Shown piece by piece: positions 1 through 25,230 of a stretch of 64,000 bases of DNA. The notes below the pieces were generated by a model. It did not search any database. It was not told the origin of the DNA and saw only the letters and a program-made list of their open reading frames with translations. Each line of letters starts with the position of its first letter. The first letter of the stretch is position 1. A program made the position numbers and the translations under genes. This DNA is from Phoronis australis (taxonomy: Eukaryota; Animalia; Phoronida), in contig NMRA01000049.1 in NCBI GenBank assembly GCA_002633005.1, forward strand, positions 850,011 through 914,010, written 5' to 3'.

Positions 1-530
1 TGCCACTAGGGGGCGCTACAGTAGTCGAAATCGTCGGAAAATCATCGTCAACCATCCTCTACATAGTAAGCATATACATGCCAATTTTCACAACCATCCT
101 TTGAGCGGTTTGGTTGATAGAGGTGTTTACGCACAAAAACACACTCGAAAACACTAAAAATGGCCACTAGGTGGCGCAAACTATGTCGAATCCATCTGAA
201 AACGGGAGGATAGCGTCATCTCACTAATAAGTGCCTACATACCAAATTTCATGAAAATTCGTTCAGGACTTTTGAAGATACAAAGGTAAGCGTAAAAAAC
301 TAAAATTGCCACTAGGGGGCACACCGGTAGTCGGATCCATCCGAAAGTTCGCACATGCCGTCCCATTCATGAATGGAACATATGTGCCAAATTTCATGAA
401 CATATGTCAAAGGGTTTTGGAGATAGAGCAGCGGACGCCGGACGCCAGACGCCGGACGGACGCCGCCCGTACGGACGGACGGAGATGACGGCATAATGCG
501 TCCACATATAAATATGTGGGCGCATAAAAA
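1..530 (+). mobile_element. HINE/DINE-1-like (Helentron-associated) non-autonomous element, truncated by window edge
   Basis: ~145-160 bp core repeats starting GCCACTAGG at 2, 163 and 308; (GACG) microsatellite 430-482; terminal stem-loop ATGCGTCCACATAT-AA-ATATGTGGGCGCAT 496-525. Closely similar in reverse to 16477-16960. Confidence 0.75.
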
Positions 531-1015
531 TCACCACAAGGGGACGCCCCAGGTAACAGATCCGCCTAAAAATCAAATTACCGCCATGGTCTTCACATCA
601 GGAACACAACTGCTACAATTCATAATGAACCTTTGAACAGTTTGGACGATAAAGAAGTAAACACTAAAAAACAAAATCAAAATCATAGGTGTCACAAAAT
701 ACATTAAATCTGTCAGAAAATGGGAGGGCATAGTTGTCGCCTTAATAGAAACCTATTCGCCAAATTTCAGAGTAAAAATCCATCAAGGATCTCCAAAGAT
801 ACAGAAGCAAATGTAAAAATCTAAAACTGCCACTAGGAGGACACCTATTATCGGATTGGTATGTAACTCGTCGTCATCCGTTATCATCTCCATGGGAACA
901 TACCTGTCACTTAGTACAACATCTGCCAATTATCATAATGATCCTTTGAACGCTTGAACGGATAAGACAGTGGACATCAATAACATAATGTACATATGTG
1001 GGCACAGGAAAAAAA
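531..1015 (+). mobile_element. Older degenerate copy of the same HINE-like family
   Basis: Decayed core units (e.g. CTGCCACTAGGAGG near 827) and decayed terminus ACATATGTGGGCAC near 992-1005. Confidence 0.55.
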
Positions 1016-1409
1016 CTTTTAAATTAGTATAAATCTGTTTATCCCAATTTCCTGAAATTCAGATTTTTTCGTTCTTTAATGAACCTTAGTAAGCAATGGC
1101 ATTAAACAGATTAATCAACCGAGAGGGTAAGAATCATGGCTAGCAACTCTAGGTGATGCAGACATTGTTTGTCCTTAAGTTTGTTTTTGAGTCAAACACT
1201 TTAAGCTTTATGTCTGTACAAAAAGCAGAACAAGATAAAACGTTGACCGAGACAGAAATAGACTAAAACAAATTTAAAAGATAACCACTAGACTACACAA
1301 AGTGCTTCGAATACACTACACATTTAAAAAATAACAAACGACAATGTTTTTTATCACGGACGTTAATTAGCAAATTGAAATGCATCTTTAGTGACTTGAA
1401 TGCACTTAC

Positions 1410-1513
1410 CTGAGACCTCTAGCATCAGCAGTAAGCCCTGCTATTGAAATACCAACGTGATCATCGATAGGTATAATCTTCTTCTGGTGAGCTGACAGCT
1501 CTGACGCTGCTCT
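1410..1513 (-). CDS. PSMA1: PSMA1 coding exon 3
   Basis: tttcag|AGAGCAGCG...CTCAG|gtaagt; [34 protein letters not shown]. Confidence 0.96.
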
Positions 1514-2854
1514 CTGAAATAAGGAAGAGTAACCCTGATGCACTGCTGCCATAATACGGTTAACATTCTGAATTCTGGGATCTATAAGATTTGGGAAATT
1601 CTGGCAGAAATTGAATTTTCTTGACTCCAAAGATCGAAAAACAAACAATTGATGTGGCTCTTTGATTCGTAACAATTCTGAAACTTCACCATGAATATTT
1701 CTTTCCAAATGCAATCGCAATCAAACTGAGTGCAGTAAAAATATGTAACTATTATCTTGGGCCATTCATTTCACACATTGGAGAGAGTCAAATGTTTTGA
1801 TATAATTTTGCAATGCACCACACAAAATCGAGTAGAGAAATAAGGCAAGGATAACACTTCTTGGTTTCCTAAGGTTACACTGTGGTCTGAATGGAGCTAA
1901 AAGGTAAGTTTAATTAACGGCTTCAAAGGCTATTAGAGTTGGCTATTCTTGACCCACTGAAGCAGCACTCAACAAAACTTTAACCACCCTGTGAACTACA
2001 CTGATCTCCTACAAACAACAGTTCTACTATAATTTCAACCAAGTGTTTCATTACAACCAATTTGTTAGCTTAAGCACCAAATGTAGCAAGCTAATGATAC
2101 ACGAGAGTGGCTATTCATTAACACAAGCAGCAAAAAAGCAAATAACAGTTCTTTAGTTAAAGTCAAACCATAGGTGCTATAGTGGTTTTCTGAGATTAGC
2201 CTCAATGCTGAATCAAACTCACAGCTCAATTTTATGGCAGAGTCAAAACCCACTCAGTAATGGTAGAGAACTTTATTAAGTGCACTTAAGGTTATCTCAA
2301 ACCTTATTTATTGGCCTCCATTCTAAAGCCCCGTTTAGATATCAACTTTTGGCCCGGCGCAACTGACACGGAGCAAATTGATCGGTGTCAAGCATCCGTT
2401 TACACACACAACTCACTAACTGTGGCAAGACGGAAGTTGTAGGCTGGAGAGTGTATCACATATGCGCAGGTTTACAAATCATGGGAGTTGAAGAGACAAG
2501 GAACCTGTATTGAGGTTAGTACACAAGCGCAGTAGAGTTGATCATTTCTGCCTCGTCCCAGTTACACGTTTAGACACATAATTGACACGGAGCAAGATGT
2601 TCTAGCGCAAACAGATCTACCTCACAAACTGGTGGCAAAAGTTGTCACCGCTGTGTCAATTTGCTCCAGTTCAGTCCTGTTTACACACATACTTGTGCTG
2701 GAACAACTCTTTCCGTGTCAGCTGATCCGTGTCAACTTTTGTAGTGTGAACGGCACTTAACTCATATATAAAAAACTAAGCTTTGTCAACTAGTAAAAGT
2801 ATGTATTTTCTGAAAGGAAAAAGATCAGAGTGTAAAAATATGTTTTGTATTTAC

Positions 2855-2903
<49 letters not shown>

Positions 2904-5900
2904 GTTAACACGTTTTTTAAGTCAACATTTCATTTTTAAAAAAGGTACATTCATAGCAAAATAACCCCCCAGTTCATTTTAATGAAACCTTTTTTAAATG
3001 AAAACTTGACCACTTACCTCAAAACCGCCGCTAGGAATTTTTGATTAGGTTTTTGTTTGGTTTCTATGGCAAATCAACTCGCAATTTAACGTAACGTATT
3101 TATTGTAAAAATAGAAGTCGTATTCATCTTTGTTACATTACACAAAAAACTAGGCCTTTAAATCGAAAATCCTAACAGCGTTTTTAAGATTGATAAATAA
3201 ATAGTTAGGAAAGTTTCAGCAAAATCCACCAAGCCGTTTTCGAGAACTCATGTTCGTAAGTTCAAATAAAGTCGATTTACCAAAGCCCAGAAAAAGCCGA
3301 TTAAATTGGAACAAGTGAAAATCTCTAAGTCTTCGGTTAATTATTAGGTGAAAACTTGTTTACGGTAAATATAGCCTGTACACACCTTAACCATGTTAGC
3401 TAATTTAACATTGACTTGCAATGACAACTGAATTTGCAGTGCGAAATTAAGTTAATAATCATTAAAACGTACCGTCCCCAAATACGAGAGGGGATAACTG
3501 TACCTGTTGTTTAACCTACGGATAGCAAAAATTGAGTCAGTTAAAGTATGTTGTCAGCATGAGATCGAAACGGCAATTTACGTAATTGAATGAAGGAATT
3601 TGGGAGAGGATTTATCTTTTTTCACAACTTGCTGTGTTCATGACCACAGAGGCGTGAGGCAACTCGTAGCATTCGTTATCAACGATCGTATGCAAGTAGA
3701 CGCACAACTCCCTCCGGATCAAAACTACTTTTGTCTCTATTTTCCCCGGCATCGTTCTATCATTAGTGCACTTCGTTGACTCAATATTATGGCGGCTCCA
3801 TGAATGGAAGAACTAAGGGTATATACGAAGCTGCTCTGTACTTGCCGGGAGATTGAATTTGAGTGACAGCCCTGTAACCTTTGACCTCGGATAAGTAGTA
3901 AAAAAATATTCCATGCAGTTGTGCAGATCCAAGGTGGTTCTGCTAAATCTTTTTTTCTCACTACACTGCATAACTATTTTGTATTTGAAGTTCCCCGAGA
4001 ATGAACATAAAGGTATTTCGCTAGACACATGTGATAAATTGTAAAAATGACCAGTTTTTGTGAATAAGGTTTGAGATATCCTTAACTGGTAAAGTCATTT
4101 GCCTTTATATAAATACAAATGACTGGCAGACAATGGTAACTTGAACAAGTCGAGATAATAATGACTGAAAACTGTTTTTCGCAGAAAACCAAACATGTCC
4201 CTTTAAAACAATAACCCCTTGCACTTGTACACGTATATAACATCTACAGTACTGGTATTTTTATTAAAGTTGAGCCAACTAAAATTTGTTTGGTTCTTGA
4301 TGATTTTGGAAAATACCTTAAGTGCAACTAGCACTGCATGGGTTTTAGATTTCAGGCCAACTGTAGCCGAGCCTTGTTTAACAGCCTCCATGGCATACTC
4401 GATCTGATGGATTCGCCCTTGAGGACTCCATGTCTGTACGTCGTTGTCGTACTGGTTGCGATACTGAAAAGAAAAAAGCTTTCAAAGGATCAACAGAACA
4501 AGTTCAGTTTGATTTATGCCAATTGCAGCAATGAATTGGCCTTGTCTTCTTTCTTAGTCAGTTTGGTAAATGATTTACAGACTTGAGTTAAAAAGGAGTA
4601 ATGGCAGGGGTTTATACAGCAGCTGTCTTTTGGATGGCCATAACTTTATTTTGGACAGGTTCAACGGGACAGCCAGAATCAAAAGACAGGCAAAAATTAG
4701 AAATTTGCACAAAATGATGGCCAATTTATTAATATCAGCTGTCGCTCAAATAAATAGACCATCAGTCACTTCAGAAATAAGAAATTTATGATGCAAAAAA
4801 TGCTTCCTGAGCATCAGGGACTCATCTAGGATATTGAAAATTGGGGGTCCAAATTCGTGGGACTGACGAGTCATGCAAAGCGCAAATCTGAGGCGCGCAG
4901 CGCTGNGGGGGGGGGGGAGAGATGGGGGGATGCCCCCCAACCGCTGAGGAAAAAAGGGTTACATAGAAAAGGTCATTTCCTTGCATTTTATTTAGCAAAA
5001 TGTTTGCACGTCTTTTTCTTGTTCAAAGGACGGCACAAAAGGAAACTAAACAAAAATTAGGAAGTTTGTTCCATTCAGGATGTGTGTATTGTCACTAGAC
5101 TTCAAAAATCAAGAGTAAATCTTTTTAGTAATAGAATCTATGTAGAGTTGCATGTTAGACAGATAATCCACAGCATGAGTGCACTACTCAATGTATCATG
5201 AAGCTCTCAAAAGAGAAGTGTTCTTTCTACTTGCAGTTCAGAAACCATTTAAAATTATGAGAAGACAATGAAGCTGCATTCGAAAGGACATGAAGAAATA
5301 TATCCTAGAGTACATGTCTACGTTTCATTACATTGCACAGTACTGCAATTCACGAGTCTACACTGAACAAGACCATATCCTCACAAATTCACAACTCAGG
5401 ACCACCAGTGCTCAACACGGGCGAAAATCTCCAATGGAAAATAAGAGTGACATCATATGTGCACTCACGCTTGTATACCCGGACTTGGCTTTGTAAAGGA
5501 TCATGACTAAAAAAACAAATGTCGAATCTCTGTGTTTGAATTTGGCATTCATATTTTTGCGTTTTTAAACTTTTTTTCCGAGCGCTTTATTCGTAGGCCT
5601 AAACCTAAATTTCAAGTCGTTTGGCTATGAGCGTCGCCAGTGGTGGCCGGGGACGTCATAGTTCTTAGCGTCTTCTGCAATGCATTATAAGTGGACGCTT
5701 TGTTGAAGTGAAACTTAACAGGTCGAAAGTCAATCACAGTCTTTCATAGTACGCTACAAGAAATTTAGTTTTAGAAAGAACCATTCTTTTCTCGCAGTTT
5801 AAGAGTCAAATCCTCCGGCCTGGATCATGGCTGAAGTAACAGGTGCTGTGCACGTGACTGGCTGACCTACTTTTTTCCATATACGGCACACAGTGCCTCA

Positions 5901-7235
5901 TACAGAGGACAAAGTCGAATCGCCCAATAATGGAATTGCACGAAAGTATTTCGAGGCATTTACTTTCATGCTAAGTTACTCATTGAATACCTAACCAACA
6001 TTACACACCATATTGTTTCTCGTAAAGTCTGCACTGCATTCTCACACATCAATTACGTCGTTCAGTCGTGCAGATTTTTTGATATTTTTTCATTCATTCG
6101 TTCGAGTTGCAACGGAACTGTGCGAACAAATTAAGGAAGTTTGCGCTAACTTTTATCTGGTTTGCATGTTCAACGACATTGATGGCATTTGTACGGCAGG
6201 TCAGTGCTAAAATTTTGGCAGGTATCATTTTTTTGCGAAGTGTACGTTCTCAGCTATTTCAATATCGAGTGCCACTTCAACTTCCGCGTCGGCAACTAGC
6301 ATTAGGGGTACGGCAAATCCTTTGTAAACTTCGGGTTTGGGTTCTTTAATTTCAAAGATTAAGTGTCCATGTACGGGTAGTTAGCGCTGGATGCAATATT
6401 TCTCGACACTAGGCCTGCAGGCGATTGCGTACGAAGTCACCTTGAAGTCACAGAACAAGAAGGTATTCCCCAAAGATGGCTGCCAGTATTTGCCAATCGT
6501 CATTGTGACATTTATAGTGAAAATAGACGACAAATGTTTCTTAAGTCAAGTTATTTCTTAATATTTAGCGAACTTAAACAATGAATTGTAGGTTTCAATA
6601 AAATTTATTAATCATAAATGACAAAATTCTTTGTTTAGCCTTCATTTTCGCAGAGGTTGTCTTGGAACAGGACGTCTTTTTTCTGTCTGGCCGTGATGTC
6701 CAAAGCCGTCATTTTTTAAAAGGGCCGTCCTTGAGTTGGCTGAGCATATTTTTGAATATATCCCGTGTGGTCCACAACACTGTTCAGACTTTCCAGTGAG
6801 GTGGTTAGGAAGCCAGTGGCAGTGACAGTGACAGTGTACTGTCTCTGAGACGGTGTGATATTGACACTGTCAGTGACAGTACTACTGTCTAGAAAAGGGA
6901 TCGTCCAAGCACGTTTTGAAAGTTTTTCTTCTTCCAAAATTTGAAACAACAGTGAAGTGCCATATTCCAAATTTCTTTGAAACCGCCGTTGGAGAAAACC
7001 CCAAGGAGAGTCGAAACAAGTGAGAAGTTTCTGATGCCTGGCCGGGCCTTATTGTCGACTTGACAGGTCTGCCGGTTAGAATTTAAGAGTGCAAGCACAG
7101 ATTTTTAACGCTAAGATGTCGTTAGAACACCCATTGTGGCACATTCTCTTAACCGTTTCATAAATACGAGACAAACCAGTAATTGTTTTGCTATGATTTA
7201 CGCTGCTTAACACGAGAAAAATGCAAACTCACCAT
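1410..7235 (-). CDS. PSMA1: Proteasome subunit alpha type-1 (alpha-6/C2), partial: first three coding exons, gene continues beyond left edge
   Basis: join(7233..7235, 4317..4463, 1410..1513) on minus gives M|[49 protein letters not shown]|[34 protein letters not shown]. All introns GT-AG with consistent phases; near-identical to the known PSMA1 N-terminus. Confidence 0.95.
2327..2757. mobile_element. PIF/Harbinger-like MITE nested in the Kolobok-like element
   Basis: TAA on both flanks; imperfect TIRs AGCCCCGTTTAGA / TGTGAACGGCACT; internal TGACACGGAGCAA and CGTTTA(C/G)AC repeats in both orientations. Confidence 0.6.
2856..2902. repeat. (ATT)n microsatellite
   Basis: About 15 perfect TAT units. 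Confidence 0.95.
4317..4463 (-). CDS. PSMA1: PSMA1 coding exon 2
   Basis: ttttcag|TATCGCAAC...CTTAAG|gtattt; 49 codons including the proteasome alpha N-terminal signature [20 protein letters not shown]. Confidence 0.96.
7233..7235 (-). CDS. PSMA1: PSMA1 coding exon 1 (ATG only)
   Basis: Minus strand aaaccATG|GTGAGT: good Kozak context and consensus donor; exon 2 lacks a start and begins in phase 0. Confidence 0.75.
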
Positions 7236-7360
7236 GGTTTTTCTCAAATATGGCTGCTTAAGAAACGAAGAATTTTGATTTCCCAATCTAAAAGAGCTAA
7301 TTGTCATGCGCACAAAAGCTTCCTCTTATTATTTACGTTGATCAGCAATGTTCAGGTTGG
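7236..7360. promoter_or_regulatory. PSMA1 5' end / candidate bidirectional promoter shared with BTBD10
   Basis: Immediately upstream of the PSMA1 ATG; YY1-like GCAGCCATATTT on minus near 7246-7257; the divergent gene's start codon is 3 kb away. TSS not directly visible. Confidence 0.4.
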
Positions 7361-8158
7361 TTGGTTGGTTAATGATCGGGATTTTACTTATTTTTACTTT
7401 TTAAAAATAATATATTGATTGCAAATGCACTGATGACTAACATATATAATAGGTTTTACAGGTATTTGATGCAATAGATGTATTATTATGCTTATTGAAA
7501 GGGTATTGCTGACAAGAGACTACTGTCTGACTGAGTCTTGAAAGAGTGAGTATTGTTCTACTGAGTACTGACGTAGTTCATTCAGTTAAGATGTTAGTAA
7601 GACTGTAGAATCTGAGATAAACAACTGACTGAGGGTGACTGACTCCTTGTCAGATGCTCTTCGAATACATCAGAGCCACATTTTTCGATGCAAAGGTCAA
7701 AAACTCATCAGTCTTGGAAAGATGGGGTAGATAGACTTGTGTCTGAGTGAGTGATGAAAAATTGAACAGCAGGACAGCAAGCACGGCGCTAGTCAACTAA
7801 TGGGCCATATTTTATTCTAAATAAATGACCAGATATAGGTTTACATCAACTACTTTGGCATACTTGCATTCCTTAGACTTCTGGCTACCCATACATACCC
7901 ACCTCTAGGCAATTACATCACCCTGAAATGCTGAATGCCGCAGTCATACAGGGGCGATGTCATTCTCATAAAAGTTACTCATTTCAAAATACAGCTAATA
8001 TGCATATACGCACATGGAAATATAATTAACACACACCATGCCTCTGGATACAATAGCTTACTTGCGAGTTACCAGTTATTCAATGTGACATCACTGGAAG
8101 TAGGGCAAAACCCGCCATAATTGTCTTTGCTACACGCGCTACATCTTACTGAGTTTTT

Positions 8159-8303
8159 ATGGAGAATTTTACGCTTAAAATATTACCACAAGTTAAGAGG
8201 TGGTTGATGGATCGTGGAATATCTGAATGGACAGAGAAAAGATGAACTTGTTTTGTTGTGCAAAGCTGTGAAGGGATTGAAATTGGAACTCGACCCGGAC
8301 TAG
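8159..8303 (+). pseudogene. Frameshifted SAP-domain gene fragment, probably transposon-derived
   Basis: MENFTLKILPQVKRWLMDRGIS /frameshift/ NGQRKDELVLLCKAVKGLKLELDPD-stop fits a SAP pattern; flanked by diverged direct repeats at ~7964-8052 and ~8343-8444. Confidence 0.55.
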
Positions 8304-9176
8304 GCCTTAATGCTGCAGACATACTTGGGCGAAAGTATATATCTCAATGAAAAGTTACTCATTTCAAAATACAGCAAATAAAATCAGATGGACATGCTTA
8401 TATGTACATGGAGTTATAATTACCACATACTATAACTCTGGATACTGTCAACAAATTGAACATCCATGAAAATCTCGCGGTTCGCTTGAGTTTCTCTCAC
8501 CGATTTTTAGGAAGTTACGGGAAATCACGCCTGTTGACAAAGGGACACAAATCTTACACATTTCACTTGATATCTTCCCATGCTATTTTGAATGTGTCAC
8601 ATGCCAGGTCACGCGCTTTGCTCAGTATCACATTAGCCATTGCCTAACTCACGTGTCTCAATTGAAATACTTTGTGGTTATCGCGTGTGTGGTGAAAAAG
8701 TAAACGGGTGTAGAAGCAGAAAGGATCATTGAAGAAAGTAAGTGCTAGTGATAGTTTTAGTGTAAAATGTTTTTTTGACGAAGTGAGCGTGTTTCGCCTA
8801 CAGCCCGTTTAAAATACACAGAAAGCGATGGGAAGTACTGTAGCCCCGTAATCAGCCAACCGATGGGTTACGTGTTGCCTTACCCATTTCAGGCCCCTCT
8901 AGCATCCAATTTTAAAACTACATACTTCCGAAATTGGCCCATTTTAGCAAGGCAGGTTATCGACAGCCTGGGCAACTACTATATGTACCGCCGTCTAGTG
9001 GTAATTATTACATATCTTAGCGGCATCCTAGAATTTGCCCTCAGTAACAGTGTCCTGGAATTTGCCCTCAGCAAAACCCTCTTTGTGTCCAGGATCAACC
9101 ACCACCAGGCTGGCTCCTTCTCCATCCGCCACTTAGAACAAATGTTTACATTTTTTGATGCCATTGTAGAAAATTT

Positions 9177-9247
9177 TGGTGACACCAAGACTTGAACTGA
9201 GGTTTTCTGCTTGAGAGCTGAGTATTCAAACCACTCAACCAAGAGGC
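9177..9247 (-). mobile_element. Decayed tRNA-Glu(CTC)-like sequence / SINE head
   Basis: Minus: GCCTCTTGGTTGAGTGGTTT...CT-CTC-AA...CAGTTCAAGTCTTGGTGTCACCA; A/B-box-like motifs with broken stems. Confidence 0.4.
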
Positions 9248-10200
9248 AATTGATGGTTGGCAACTGATTTAGAGAGATTTTGTACAACTCTCTGTCAGAC
9301 CCACAACATATGTACGTTTAGACTGTGCATAGATAACTTTGGATGCAGTTGGGAGTTTTTAAATCCTTCCAACTCAACAAATTCTCAATCAAGATTTCGA
9401 ACAGTCCTCCGTTCCATCAATGAAATTAAATGCTCAATGTCACTACAGTCAGTGTGCTGGAGGTCAAACAAAAACGTACAAAAGGTGATAGGGAGGACAC
9501 CTCTCCGCCAGCCGCGCCATCTAGGAGTCGGGGCAGATACGGAAACTGCTATCTATTAGCCCATTTAAGGTCATTTTCTGCTAGGATCACAAGTGGTGGC
9601 ATATTGTAGTCAATCCTGTATGTTGCCATTGTCGTAGCAGAAGATTTTTTGTAAATTAGGATATAACCCTGGTTAAACTATTAAAGCCACATTAGCATAA
9701 TGTGTTTACCTTTCGGGTGTTGCTGGACAATTAGGAGGCTGTGAGCTGGACTGTCTTTTATCTTTCCAACTTACATGTAAACAAACAAACAGATAAGCAA
9801 CAATTTTTTAGGACTTTCGGTTACATCAACAACAAATTGTGAACTGAGTAAGTTCAGCTGTGATTACATCGTTCAAGCATTTCATTGGCACATTTTTTCA
9901 CCTGATCATGTGTAGCGGTCTTGGTTACCTCCATCAGACCTTAAGTTAAGCTCTCATTTTAAATGTAATGTATTTTGAATTTTTGACCGAAGAGCCAAAT
10001 TTACAGCCGGTCTGCGATCTTCTCACTTGTGTCACGTGACTGACCTGTTTTTTAATGGAAGTTGCAGACTCGCTGTGTGCCATTCTCAAATTTCATGATT
10101 GGCCAACTTACCTAAATATATCCTAGGATATCTTTGAACATTGTTGTTTTTAGACCAGTGTGAATTTTAAATGGGCTCTACCTGATGAAGGACCATCAAC

Positions 10201-25230
<15,030 letters not shown>

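Larger units (their letters stand above)
2290..4081. mobile_element. Kolobok-like non-autonomous DNA transposon in PSMA1 intron 2
   Basis: TTAA|GGTTATCTCAAACCTTATT ... AATAAGGTTTGAGATATCC|TTAA: 18/19 TIR match, TTAA TSD and RR termini. Confidence 0.75.

Noticed and set aside
306-576. Short ORFs with a similar counterpart at 16431-16694
   Set aside because: The similarity comes from the non-coding HINE repeat; frames are not conserved between copies.
7430-7513. C/D snoRNA-like TGATGA...CTGA
   Set aside because: No terminal stem, imperfect C box and no recognisable rRNA guide.
7680-7716. Hammerhead-like CTGATGAG...CGAAA on minus (also CTGATGA at ~14979 and ~55922)
   Set aside because: Stem II cannot pair and no flanking stems with a cleavage triplet were found.
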